A stretch of 64,000 bases of DNA from Eledone cirrhosa. Taxonomy: Eukaryota. A program made the translations under genes and the position numbers. The notes beneath the pieces are model-generated. The model made no database searches. It saw only the letters and a list, made by a program, of their open reading frames with translations, and was not told where the DNA came from. Positions 26,964 through 40,576 of this stretch are shown here, piece after piece. The stretch's first letter is position 1, and each line of letters starts with the position of its first letter. The stretch covers positions 154,442,001-154,506,000 of the forward strand of contig OZ024742.1 of assembly GCA_964016885.1 (NCBI GenBank). Direction: 5' to 3'.

Positions 26964-29900
26964 ATATATATGCATGTATCTATGTATGTATGTATGTATT
27001 GCTTCAATAGGTTAATTCAATATGCATTTCTCTAACACATTTAAAGATTTAATTGAATGTAATGATGTGAAATATAGGCGAATTTTCATGAATTTTACAC
27101 TGATATTTTATTAAAAAAATTGTGAATTTGTAAATAAAATGTTGCCATGTATGTATTCAAATTGTGACGAAAATACACTTTCTTTATATTATAATTGTTT
27201 TCTCTGGGCAGTGTCACTCTTTTATGAATATTGTGTAGCACTCATTGCAGAATATACTCATTGCAGAATATACCCATTGCAGATCAACAGTCATTCATAT
27301 TAGATTTTACATTTACGAATTTGGTCTCGCAAACTGTCGGAATTTACTTGTTTTATTTTTTCAGTTATCGGACCTGAATATGTTTAATATTTAAACAAAA
27401 AAATAATAAGCAATATTCACATTACCCTATTTGACACGATTCCACACTTAAAAATATATTTCTAAGATAAAATTAATTACAAATAATAAATAATTGATAT
27501 TTAATCAAACATATATAATAAGAAATTACCATTGTAAAATACTATAATTGCTATAAATTTGAGGAAAATGAAGGAAATTATTAGGGAACGAAAACGAAAA
27601 GAAATATGAAAAGGGAGAGGAGGAGAAACTCTACCCCTAATTCAGAGCAGTATTTCAGCTGCACCTCAGGGAAAAATGGCATTTCGGCGGACAATATTCA
27701 GCGACACCCTCTTCAATAGTCAACCTAACTCACAGGTCTCCTTAATCAGACGAGCTGCTAGGTGATTTAAATTCTCTCGCGAAGCACCGCCCTTTGTGGT
27801 ATTTATGTTTAACCGGTGGTGATTGACTGAATCATTAGTGCATCGGAAAAATATTTTGCCGCATATATTCCACATCCTTTATATTTTGCCGCATATATTC
27901 CACATCCTTTATGTTTTGATTTATAATCTGTTTTGTGTCGACTTTTTCTTTCCTTATTCTGAGTTCGATAAAATAAAGTATTAGTCACGTAATTGGGTCG
28001 GTCTATTTGACTTCATCCACCCCCAAATATATTGTCTTATGAAAACATAAACAATTCTAAAACATCTCAATTCATAAGTTTCCAATATTGAAAACTATTA
28101 CAGAACTACCATCGGTATTTTAAACATAATTTTCAAAGAGCTACTACTAAATAAGAACAGCATGCACGTATTCAAAGCATAGGCAAATATAAATTTAATG
28201 TTTGGAGAAGTAAGTCTGTTCTGTAAAGAAGGAATTTGAATGTATCATAAAATGTTTACGTCCCAAGATGTACCTTGCAACCTGATATTTAACGATGAGA
28301 ATTAAAATGCTCCAGACGTAATATGAAAATATAGTTATATTCTCTGCATAGACATCGTGCTATCTGTAAATTTCTCTATCAGTAAATATTTCGTTAGCAT
28401 TCCCCCCCCCCCACCCACTAATTCAACACCAATATTAAATTGGCGTACCCATATCACACTTCCAAGTGTTCTGCTCGATACAATTCTATTATATTATAAT
28501 GATAATAAGAGTGATGGTTGACAGAAAACGTCGGACGTCCGATAAAATTGCTTGCGGAAATTTGTTAAATATCGATTTCACTTATCATCACTTTGGGTCA
28601 ATAGTTTAAGAACTAGTAGAGCAATGGTTGAGATTACAAAAAGTGATAAAGTCCTTAAATCGTTTACCGGAGTCAGTAAATATAACTAATAAGACAGCGC
28701 ACGCACACAGACTTGCACATTAAAACCTCGGACCCCCCCCCCCCCTCACTATCTTTCTCCGTGTATCGCTCTTTCTACTTCTTTCGTTTTCTGTTAACTT
28801 CGCTAATACACACGGAAACAATTCTTATACACACTATTCATTTCCACTCACAAATAGAAACAGATAAACGTATAGAATCTGACGTGATATTTTAAAACAC
28901 ACATCAGCTGACACATTCCAAATATTTGAATATAAACACACAAAAACACCCCCCACACACACATACACAATTATTCATGCATATATTTACACGTAATATT
29001 AATCTTATTTTCCATTAAAAATGTATCACTATAGAAGTATATACGACAATATTCTTTCCTTTGCCTTTCATCTCCCAACTTTTACACTTGTCCATATTCA
29101 CAAGCATGATATGCGTGAGATGTCAAAGGTTCAAGTGAATCCGTGAATATCTCTATGGAGTGATCACTAAACACAAATCCATTAACTCAGACAAGCATGA
29201 ATTTAATAACAGTTATGGCAAACATTTCTTCATAAACAATGGAATAACAATATTGTTGCATATTTGATGTAATTTCAAATCTAATGCATACAATATCATA
29301 CACGAACCACTAGCCTTGCCACCTATCTACATGACATTTTACATTGAAGATTAAATAATAAATAGAACCATAACAAACACGACCATGTTATTATTGGTTA
29401 CATATTAATGGAGAAATAAACGAAAAGCGTTCTATTCCCAAATATAACATACACATCTCTTAGCTGTTGATACAGGGTCTTGAATTCATCTAAATACCTT
29501 TCTCCATTCCTCTCAATCACGTTCTCTGCTTCTCTTGAAAAAAATCGGATATGATCAGCCCTAAGGGGGATATGGCATCCGTCATGTTTAAAATGGCCTA
29601 AACATCTGTCAAAACGGTACCACTACATCTACATCCGAATTTATATATCCATCCATACATGCAAGCTATTTCTTTATACCTTATCATAGATTGGGAATAG
29701 TCTGTATGACGTTTACGCCTTCCTGAAGAGTATTAGTAATGTTATAGGGAAGAAAATGGTATTGAAACTAAAAAAATTAAGAATATCACGGCTTTATTTT
29801 ATTGAATATGTTCACTTTCAGTTAACATAAAATAGTTAATCGATTGTTTTTTTTTTTCTTCCTTCTGTGGCCTTTGCTCAAGAACTACAATTCCGTTAAA

Positions 29901-31062
29901 GGAATGCAATATTATAAGGATTATATTTTACTCTTATGAAATGAAATGTGCAATATAAGTTATGTTAAGATCTGAAAATATATGATTGCCAGGAGCAATT
30001 TTTTCCATAATGCCAAATTTTTCATTAAATACTATTAATTAAAGAAAATAACCCAAAGATATTCAGAAAAAAAACAATGAATTTTTAACAAAACAAATAA
30101 GAGGAAGTGCACTAGAGAAAATATTAATATTACGTTTGCCTCAAATACCTGAAGGTTTCTTATTGTAAACTGTTTTATTTTCATACATCTGCTTCTTTTC
30201 ATTTCTTAAACAATTTTCTATTTCATATGATTCAAATATTTAATGATCTCTTATACTGAGACAAGAAATATTATTTTTACCGCGAATTTCGATTACCAAA
30301 TAAGAAAAAAAAAAGATTATTCGCTTCCTTTACATTATTCATTCTCCTTATTTTTTACCCAACACAAATAATCTTTGAATAGTCTGTTTCTTCTATGAAC
30401 TCCTCTTATTATCAAAAGTTACGGAATGTAATATGATACCTATAATAGGGATATATATCTTCTTTAATCTTATCATCATCATCGAAACTCATGATTTCGC
30501 TGGAAATATAATAACAAATGATTTCAACTATATGAAAGAGAAAATATATTATATTAACAATATGAAAGGGAAAATAAAAGATAGAAAACGTTTTGAAAAT
30601 AAGATTTTATCTACAACTAGTCAGCCATGATTGTGCAATAGGATGCGCATGGGAAACAACCAAATAGTTTGGGGTTGATGTTCTCTCTCTTTCAGTTACA
30701 GCTTCCGTCTCTCAATGTTATAAGCAAACAGGAGCGAAAGCGCTGGCCGACTCGCGGCCCCAACGGACAGAATGGAGAAAGTGTTTTTCCCGGGAGGTGG
30801 TTGGGGGAGACGCGTTGGAAGAACCATTCCAGCTCACGTGGTTCACACCTGCGGTTAGCCAATTCCGTGCTGATGGTTGTCAGCAGGGACGTCGTCTTAG
30901 GGCCAATGAAACAACTATTCTAGACTAAGATGCCTGAAATTCGAATATTCAATAACATATACTCACACTTGCCAGATATTTAAAACCCTGTAGAATTTGA
31001 TGAACCACCTCTGATTGAAAATATTACATGAACTGGAGCGTGTTTCATTTTGTGATATATTT

Positions 31063-31119
<57 letters not shown>

Positions 31120-31203
31120 CACCACCACCACCACCACCACCACCACCACCACCACCACCACCACCACCACCACCACCACCACCACCACGACTACTACTAC
31201 TAC
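31063..31203. repeat. (TAC)n(CAC)n microsatellite
   Basis: Direct reading. Confidence 0.95.
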
Positions 31204-34100
31204 ATATTAGATTTATTAAAATTTTGTAATTAATTTTTAAGAATTTCTTTCTAACAGCTCTTTGTGGGGAGTGTAAAGTCGATTTTATTAGCCCCAGTAT
31301 ATTGTTGGTTCTTTATTTCATTAATCTAGGAATAATAAAATGCAATGTTGATCTCAGAACGTCAATAACCCAAATGCTGGTTGCAAACCATTCTATCAGT
31401 CAGTGTAATGTTTCTGACAATCTAGCGCCCTAATTACTTTTCAATGAGTTATTAAAAAGATATTGTCATAAGAGATTGTATTGATTCAAGTACATATGTT
31501 ATCGCATGCGAGAATTATTAAATGCAAAGTTCATGTTGGCGTGATTTGAAATAAGGGACGTATCTAAATGAGAGGAGACATTTTGTCCGAGGCCTAAACC
31601 ATTATGCCAATCCTGTTGCCATCCGACTTTCTAATAAGGTTCTCTTTCAATTCTTTTTTTATTTTATTCATTTATTATTGTTTTATATTCTTAATTAGTT
31701 ATTGTCTTTTTTTAAAAGAATTTGACATGCAAATCGAAATAATATATTTATGGTCCTACAGGAAACCCTGTCCGATGTTAGATGTTATTACTCATATGTC
31801 TACAACATATTTTGCTGTATATGTTTCAGAATTTCGTCAGTTTTATTTGACTAAAAAGCACTTCAAAAAATCTATAAACTTTCTTTGACCTAAATCCAAG
31901 CAAACTCACTGTTAAACTTTCACTATACGTTCATCGATGTTAGTAACTTAATTCCCAAGTTATATCACATGTCAATTTAGAAATGCATATATGAGAAAAT
32001 ATGTTACCGGGTTTTTTTTGGTGCGAGAGTTTTGAAGATAACTTAATTCAACATAGTTCCTCAAGGCTATAAAGAGACTTATATACACTCTGCTACTCGG
32101 ATGGCTAAGTTATGGAATAAGTAGACATGTTCAGGCATAGATGTGGTCTGTGATTATTCTTGGGAAATTACAAGTGACCTGAGGTTAGACTTTTGGAATT
32201 ACAAGATGTAACAATAGTAGCCCCCTTGTTTTTTTTAAACACCCATTCAAATGCTTTTCTAAAAAGATGAACAAGGCATTGAATATATTTTGCAATAATT
32301 TATGTAGAGAATGGGCTTCAAATATTCAAGGAATTCTATATATGAGTGTCTGTTACAAGCTGAGTTTTCTGAAATTATCTTAACGTGGTAACATTTATTT
32401 GCACTCCAAAGATAGTTAATCAGTTACAATGCACAAGGATATGCCTCGTGTAATATATCATTCCGAGAATCCAGCTAGTCAAACTATTGAGTACGTCGTT
32501 TGGAATAAAATATATTCAGAGAATAATAAGTTGAGCGGAGTAAGAAATAGATTACTTTTTTCCCTTTGGAGCGAAATATTCGCAGCAAATTGTTCACGCT
32601 TATAAGTTTTAGAGGACTAGTGCAAGCCTGACTAGACATCCATTAGAAAGATTTACAAAATACTTTCTCTTCTCATTTTGAACTGTCTGGTGAAACTCTT
32701 TAACGAGGTATTAATTCATTGGTCAACCAAAGCCACGATTTAATAGCGATATGCTTTAACATTCTAGCTTTCAAACGATTTATGTCTGCATATGTCATGA
32801 TGGAAAGAAAGTGTACACATCACATGTTATCTGCTAGTTGGTAAAATGAGGTGGTAATTTGTAGAAAATATGTTTTAGATTTATAGTAGCCATTGTCTGT
32901 ACTATTACATTGATTGCGCATACGTTTCTATTCTTCATTTACTGTAGCTTTGATTTCAACATTGATAGGAATACATTCACATGAAAAACGGATATAAGAG
33001 AGCCGAGAATTTTATTCGACATTGTATATTCTGACATCCGTATAATCATACTAACTTTATTCCAGACACATTCAAATGAATATATATATTGGAAAATATA
33101 TTTTGTGATAGGTGGTTTTGTTTCCCATTTGCTTTCACATCAATAAAGAAATGTCATTGTTTGCAATCCCCATTCACCACCCTAAAACCCTAGACAATTT
33201 CCTATTTCGTGATATTGCTATCCTCATCGTTTCTGCTTAGCTAAGATATTTCTATAACCTTAGAGAATGTTGAGGTGACTATTATTTCTAAAGAATAAAT
33301 TGCATTCTTTTTTAATCAAGAGGTGGTGGAATTCTAGAAAGATTACTGACATCACGATATTGCGAATAACTTAATAAATGAAATAAAAATTATAGTTTAT
33401 CAAATTATTGAAATTGAAAAATAAGATGCAATAAAATAAACGTGCGAAATAGTTTTCTCAGAAAACAAGTTAACATTGTTATTTATCGAAAATAGTAACG
33501 TTGTTGGGTTGAAATTATTTTTAAAGCAGCTCTGTGTTATGTTGTTGTTGTTGATCATACCTAGTCTACGTGTACTGATACTATAGTTCGAGTGTGACTC
33601 ATACCCAATGGCGGACTGGCCAGGTTGCCACATTTCCCAATGGCAGGTGAGCTACAGGAGGCCGACGATAGCATTGCAGGAGCCCACTGTCTGTATTTTA
33701 GGGACCAGTGCTTTGTTTTCAAAAACTATCTTTTCATAAAAGTGTTAGAGAAAGACTATTTTTTTAAAATAAATAAACAAATAAGCACAGCATTTGGTCA
33801 AACAATTCCCTAGGAAATTAATACAAACCAAAATATATGATAGTGATAACAGTTAAAATCAATTTATAGCTTACTGTATTCGTTCATGGACACACACACA
33901 TGGACTCTCTCTCTACACACACACACGAATATATATATATATATCAGAATTTAGCTTCGAACATAGCTGTATACAAATATGTATTTGAATTTTGTACTTC
34001 TAAAGAAATACGGAATGTTTATAAATAAACGTTTACAAAGTCATAGCTATGGAAAACACTGGCAGCTAACGCCGACAAGCGGTGCTCGGTAGAAGCAAGG

Positions 34101-34157
34101 GGGATAATCGTCAATGCATTTTGAAGTCAACTGTTTCTCGTCAGGACGATCTCTCCC
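34101..34157 (-). ncRNA. Hammerhead (family F), G12A-mutated
   Basis: atcgtc CTGACGA gaa..ttc AAAA tgca TT gacgat. Confidence 0.72.
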
Positions 34158-34429
34158 GGTCTTGCAACTGCCGTACTTTGAAAACCCGCGGAAATATATA
34201 GTTTTTTCGTCTGTGTAAAGGATGTCATTAATTTCATTTGCATATGAAGCTGTATAAGTTAGCTCAATTTAATATAGACGAAAAGCCTATATATATATAT
34301 ACACTCTCTGGATAGGTATATTTCGCAAGGTACTTTATATTTGTTTTATTTCAGAAGTGACTTGTGCACTCTACTCTAAATAACAATATCCTATACATTC
34401 ACAATTATTAAAATTTAGTCACTGTTTGA

Positions 34430-34916
34430 TATCTCCCCCTGTTTGCTGAAAAGTTAAAGCAAGAGAGACTGTCACTACTCTAAAACAATAGCATAAGGTC
34501 TTCGAAATGTTTTTAATTAAGCATACAGTGTATTGCAAAATACACTATATATACATACTTATATATATCGCTATTTCAGAGCGCCAATTCTAATTTTCAA
34601 TTTCTGCTTGACTGGCAACCGCTCTGTATAATCAGTTCCTGATTATTACTAGAAACTCTATAAAAATTAAACATTCATGATTTTCAGCGAACAGGTGGAG
34701 TACTTCGCTTTGATAAGTACCAATAAGTACGAAACATAGCTCTGTCAGCTGTATCTCCCCCTGTTTGCTGAAAAGGTAAAGTAAGTGAGACTGTCACCAC
34801 TCTAAAACAATAGCATAAGGTCTTCGAAATGCTTTTAATTAAGCATACATTGTATTGCAAAATACACTATATATACATTCATATATATATCGCTATTTCA
34901 GAGCACCAATTCTAAT
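34430..34916 (+). mobile_element. Retrozyme-like 1.5-mer, period 322 nt
   Basis: Direct repeats 34430-34594 and 34752-34916 with an HHR at the junction; no ORF; ends at TA. Confidence 0.72.
34681..34774 (+). ncRNA. Type I hammerhead, U3-A8 core variant, long stem I, GUC site at 34744-34746
   Basis: gct TTGATAA gtac-caataa-gtac GAAA catagctctg TC agc; ttttcagcgaacaggtggag pairs with ctccccctgtttgctgaaaa. Confidence 0.85.
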
Positions 34917-35026
34917 ATATATATATTTATAAATGTCTTAGTTCTAAAGAAACTCGGTTTTAGGAAGCCGTCTCTATGCAAAGACCGGAGGCTAACGCCC
35001 TCTGGTGGTGTCCAACAGAAGCAAGA

Positions 35027-35083
35027 GGGACAACCGTCTATGCATTTCAGGCTTGACTGACCTTCTTAAGGACGGTCCCTCCC
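35027..35083 (-). ncRNA. Hammerhead (family F), G5T-mutated
   Basis: accgtc CTTAAGA agg..cct GAAA tgca TA gacggt. Confidence 0.72.
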
Positions 35084-35724
35084 ACCGCTTGTTACTGCTG
35101 GACTTGAAAACAGTCGAGAATATATAGTTTTCTCGTATGTGTAAATGAAGTGATTAATCTCATTTGTATATGAAGCTGCATAAGTTGGCTCAACTTATAA
35201 GAGATAAGTAAGTCTTGATTTTGCAAATCTCCGATTAAATGGTTGAACATCTTTTCATGTTTGTGTATATATAATGTAATCTTAATTATGTTGGCATTCG
35301 TGTGTATATATTATAATGACACTGAGCTTTATACCTTGCGTCGCCTTTTTTTTATCATATTTTCTTATATAATATATATAATTTACATTTCGCTTTTTTT
35401 TTCATTTCGCTTTTTTTTCTTACATAGCCTGGTTAATTTCTTAATTATTGCCATTTTGGTTTTCTGGTTGGGTTGGCGGAACTAGACTTCTTGTGTTTTC
35501 ATCTTGTATTCATTACAATTGTTTCTTTAACAGCTTATGTAATTTTTTGATTATTAATGTGTTAGTATGTTATGTTATGAGAACTAGATTTCCTGATGTG
35601 AGGCATCACGTCATGTCAGCGTTTACCGTGTGGGTCTAAGATTGAGAGTATACGGGAGCGGGTGCAACATGGACTATGACGTAATAGGTTCGTAGTCACT
35701 GCATTATTTATTGTAACTACGTAA

Positions 35725-35912
35725 GGGCGATGGATTGGCAGTATCCTTCGAGGGTCGGACGCCATGATTTGTAGCATAGAGTTACTGCCCTTTACGGTTT
35801 GAGTTCAAATCCCACCGAGGTTAACTTTGCTTTTCACCTTTAGAGTCGATAAAATAAAGTATCACTAAAGCACTGCGATAATTGCTGTCCTTTTGCCAAA
35901 AGTAGAAACAAT
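35725..35912 (+). mobile_element. tRNA-derived SINE
   Basis: A and B boxes, core, flanking aactacgtaa TSD. Confidence 0.88.
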
Positions 35913-36357
35913 CGTTATATTGAAACTACGTAATATGATAGCTATACCTTGATAACGTCTGGCTCTCCCATTAAGTTACTATCAGGGGTCTTGTTGCCTA
36001 AGCCGAGTTTGGAAGAAAATATGGGCCGCTTATGAAATGACGAATTTGGAATGTGAAAGCGGTTTGTTTGTTAGGAGTCATGGGTCCAGGATTAGGCTAT
36101 TTACCGAAGGTGAGTAGACTGATTGGAGCAATAACGGTCCTATTAACACACTCACACATATATATATATATGGTAAATTTCTTTAAGTCGTTTGGACTCC
36201 ACAATGCTTCAAGCAAACTTCAATACTCTCTTATATATATATATATATATATATATAAATGATGTATCTCCGTAGAAAAGGTAAAGGAAAAGAGAGTGCT
36301 CTATGTAGGCTACATAGTTTTTTTAGTTATGTAATAAACAACATAATATAATTAATT

Positions 36358-36424
36358 CATTTACCAAGGGTTTCTTGAAGACAGACGAGCTTGACACTTA
36401 TGTATGTCTTCATTCATCAGAACA
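36358..36424 (-). ncRNA. Hammerhead, intact core, weak stem I
   Basis: tgtt CTGATGA atgaagaca...tgtcttcaa GAAA cc-ctt-gg TA aatg; a related decayed sequence lies near 16710-16830. Confidence 0.7.
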
Positions 36425-36591
36425 CATTTATTATGGATTAGGGATATGGATTTGAAAACAGAGTTTAGGATAAATGAAAGTGAGGCTGAAATAAAATAAC
36501 GGGCATAAATTGAGGGGGAAGAAATATATAAATATCCAAATACATAAACATACACAAACTCACGCATATACGTAATATTACGTAAAGTTCT

Positions 36592-37154
36592 AGCAAATAC
36601 AGAGACATTTTAAAAATAAATTTTAAAAAGTTCGCTGTACTTACTATATGTGCCTTTACCGCGCGGTTTCGAATGCCAAAATAAATGGAAAACCCAAGCG
36701 GACTTTCATTGAGAAGGGGAATCTCGTCAGATGGTTCTTCTCGCTAGGAGAATATATAATTCCCGAGTTCAAATCACAAACTGGCGCCATGCAAAACTGT
36801 TCCCAGATGAGAGTAAATGAGGAAAGAAACAATTTCGCCTAGTGCCGTGTGTAAAGACAAAAGGCATGGCGGACAGGTCAATGTCCCGCTACCAGAAATA
36901 GCATCAGTTCAAACGAGCAAATGTTATCTCAACCTTAGGGGATATTAATAATAAATTATGTGTACATACGATTATAAAAATACATATAGGGATACACATA
37001 TTATCAACCGTATGCCAATGTGGTTATATGGCAGGTTAATAATTAACAAGCCAGAACATAAAATCAATCTCAAGCAAATACAGAGATGGTTTTAAATAAA
37101 TTTCAAAAAGTAAGCTGTACTTACTATATGTGCCTTTACCGCGCGGTTTCGAAT
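36592..37154 (-). mobile_element. Non-coding unit with ~82-bp terminal direct repeats (period 480) and a decayed HHR (36653-36717)
   Basis: 36592-36674 matches 37073-37154; GAAA ccgcgcgg TA aagg in both. Confidence 0.65.
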
Positions 37155-37468
37155 CCACAAATAACCGGAATAAGTATATGTGCGTCTACAAGGAAATGAA
37201 AATACACACATATACATGCATCTGTGGATGCTATTGTGAATTAATATGCTTGTTTGTGTATGTGTGTGCATATATATATGAGACATCTGTACAACATTGG
37301 ATTATTGAGATATACGCTCGTATGACAGCCATGTCATTATATAAGTAACTATGGATAAATAACCAGTGAAACGCAAGGCGAAGTTGACAGAAACCATTTC
37401 AAACAAAGGTTTCATATCATAAGGCCATCTTCTAGATTTAACAAACATATGTGTTTCTAGGACTGCGC

Positions 37469-37530
37469 TGGGGATTATTTTCTTTGTTTTTGTGCCTCTC
37501 CTTTGTTATGTCCTACGCCATCTTGTTTTT

Positions 37531-37576
<46 letters not shown>

Positions 37577-37903
37577 AAAAACAAGATGGCGTAGGACAGA
37601 ACAAAAGAGAGGCACAAAAACAAAGAAAAGAATCCCCATTCACTGAAGAGGTCACATAATGTGTGAGGAAATAACTTTGACAATATATGAACAATCGTCT
37701 GGTTGTCGAACTAACAAACCAACCAGCCAACCGGAAATTTATAAATTCCAAAATTTATAAATTTAATTTATAATAAATTGAAGTGAAAGCAACTGGTGCT
37801 TGTGTTTCTAATTGGCAACATAACCCTCCCAAAACATAAACATATTGGTTTCAACACACGTTTTCAAATAAAGAATCTTGATAAACAAATTCAGAAACGA
37901 AAT
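37469..37903 (+). mobile_element. Family A pLTR with a short inverted arm; HHR at 37639-37681
   Basis: 37569-37840 matches 4557-4818; 37469-37538 is inverted relative to 37569-37638. Confidence 0.87.
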
Positions 37904-37928
37904 ATCTATATCTATATATAAATATATC

Positions 37929-38444
<516 letters not shown>

Positions 38445-38449
<5 letters not shown>

Positions 38450-38641
38450 AACGAGTAGGACCCCGACGGCTGAGCTCAAGCCGTTTCGACGGCTAATTCT
38501 GGACAGTCCAGAATTAGCCGTCGAAACGGCTTGAGCTCAACCGTCGGGGTCCTACTCGTTCCTATTACCCACTCTACAACCCTAAGTATTGAGTACTTTG
38601 GTGCGTTATGGTCCACCTGATTCCTTACCACATTTCCTTCG

Positions 38642-38642
<1 letters not shown>
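38445..38642. repeat. 121-bp GC-rich palindrome (centre 38505, one mismatch) plus tail, between TA runs
   Basis: ataggaacgagtaggaccccgacgg...ggac A gtcc...ggggtcctactcgttcctat. Confidence 0.9.
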
Positions 38643-38684
<42 letters not shown>

Positions 38685-39587
38685 CATATGGGCGTTGTGT
38701 GGATGCTTATGTGAATGAATATGCTTGTTTGTGTATGTGTGTGCATGCAGAGTAAAAGAGATGTTTGGTGGACAGATATTTGCTCTTTACTCATGGCTTA
38801 CATACTATCTAGTCGATAGCTAAAACGTATAAGAATACCTCAATTATTATGGAGATATATTTGATGCACAGGCCTAGAAATACATATGTTTGTTAAATCT
38901 AGAAGATGGCCTTATGATATGAAACCTTTGTTTGAAATGGTTTCTGTCATCTTCGTCTTGCTTTTCACTGGTTATTTATCCATAGTTACTTAAATAATGA
39001 CATGCGTGTCATACGAGCGTATATCACAATAATCCAATGATGTACAGATGTCTCATATAAGAGAGCTCTCATCAGACAAAATGACGCATTCATCCTTTGT
39101 AAGAGGGAGAAAGAGAGGAATGTATCCATATATAAGTAGAGAAATGATCACAAGTTTAAAGAGGGCTCGGATCGTCATAGTATGAATATATTTGCTTACA
39201 TTATCATGTTTCCGCGAAGGATGCGATTGAATATACGATATTTATTCTATCGTTATATTCATCGTTAAACATTTTATACATATTTCTCAGCGTATATTTC
39301 ACCTACTTGCTGAATATAAAGAAAAACAGGATCATCTTTTCTATGTAGTTTGTTTTCATTTTTATATATTTATAACATTCAAAACATTTAACTCGCTTAC
39401 ATCCTTGTAACGTATAAATGTTTGTATATATCTATATCTATATATATATATATATATATATATATGCATTTGTATATGAATGTATGCATGTATATGTTTC
39501 ATATAACGGCATACACAGGGTATACCAAACGAACACCCACACACATACGCAGAGACACACGCACACACACACTCACACATTCAAACA

Positions 39588-39618
<31 letters not shown>

Positions 39619-39819
39619 CCACCCTGACACCCACACACACACACACACCCACCCTGACACACACACACACACATCACAGACACACAGAATCTCACATGTA
39701 GGTATATATAATATGAAACATTTATTTATATATGCTTATATATACGAGCAGAAAAAACACCCTTCCAATGGTATTCTGCTAGCATGTGTAGTGTGCATAC
39801 TGTTTTTATATGGAAATAT

Positions 39820-40040
39820 AGGTCGTTGGTTTGGCAGTATCGGTAGAGCGTCGGACGACATGCTGTGCAGCATCGAGTTACGGCCCTTTATGATCTGGGT
39901 TCAAATCCTGTCGAGGTTAACTTTGCATTTCATCCTTACGGGGTCGTTAAAATAAAGTACCAGTCACGCACTGGGGTCCATTTAATCGACTTTCCCCTCC
40001 CCCAAATGGTTTGCCTTGTGCCTATATAAGAAACCGTTAT
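39820..40040 (+). mobile_element. tRNA-derived SINE, longer diverged subfamily
   Basis: A and B boxes, core and tail. Confidence 0.85.
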
Positions 40041-40196
40041 TATATGGGAATATACATGCATGTAGATATGATACATCAAATAAAATCGTAAGTGACAATA
40101 TGCACATAAATTGAAGAGAGACTGTGTTACACTGTCTTCTTTAATCAGTAAAGTAATCCATGATACATTCAAAAGACACGACATTATGTATAAACT

Positions 40197-40576
40197 GGCG
40201 GTGGATTGGCAGTATCGGTAGAGGGTCGGACGCCATGCTTTCCAGCATAGTTACGTACCTTTACGATCTGAGTTCAAATCCCGCCGAGGTTGACTTTGCC
40301 TTTAATCCTTACGGGGTCGATAAAATAAAGTACCAGTAATGCACTGGGTCATTGCTGGCCTTGTGCCTAAAGTAGAAACAATTATTGCACGGTGGATTGG
40401 CAGTATCGGTAGAGGGTCGGACGCCATGATTTCCAGCATAGTTACATCCCTTTACGATCTGAGTTCAAATCCCGCCGAGGTTGACTTTGCCTTTCATTCG
40501 TACGAGGTCGATAAAATAAAGTACCAGTAATGCACTGGGTAATTGCTGGCCTTGTGCCTAAAGTAGAAACAATTAT
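40197..40576 (+). mobile_element. Head-to-tail SINE dimer
   Basis: Two near-identical monomers inside one TSD, attatgtataaactg. Confidence 0.92.

Noticed and set aside
27240-27283. Short direct repeats (16-bp x3; also 30-bp x2 at about 27851-27912)
   Set aside because: No spacers, so not CRISPR; ordinary slippage duplications in eukaryotic DNA.
38866-38930. Possible type II hammerhead (ggccta GAAA...CTAGAAGA tggcc)
   Set aside because: Core has an extra base and no convincing stem I.
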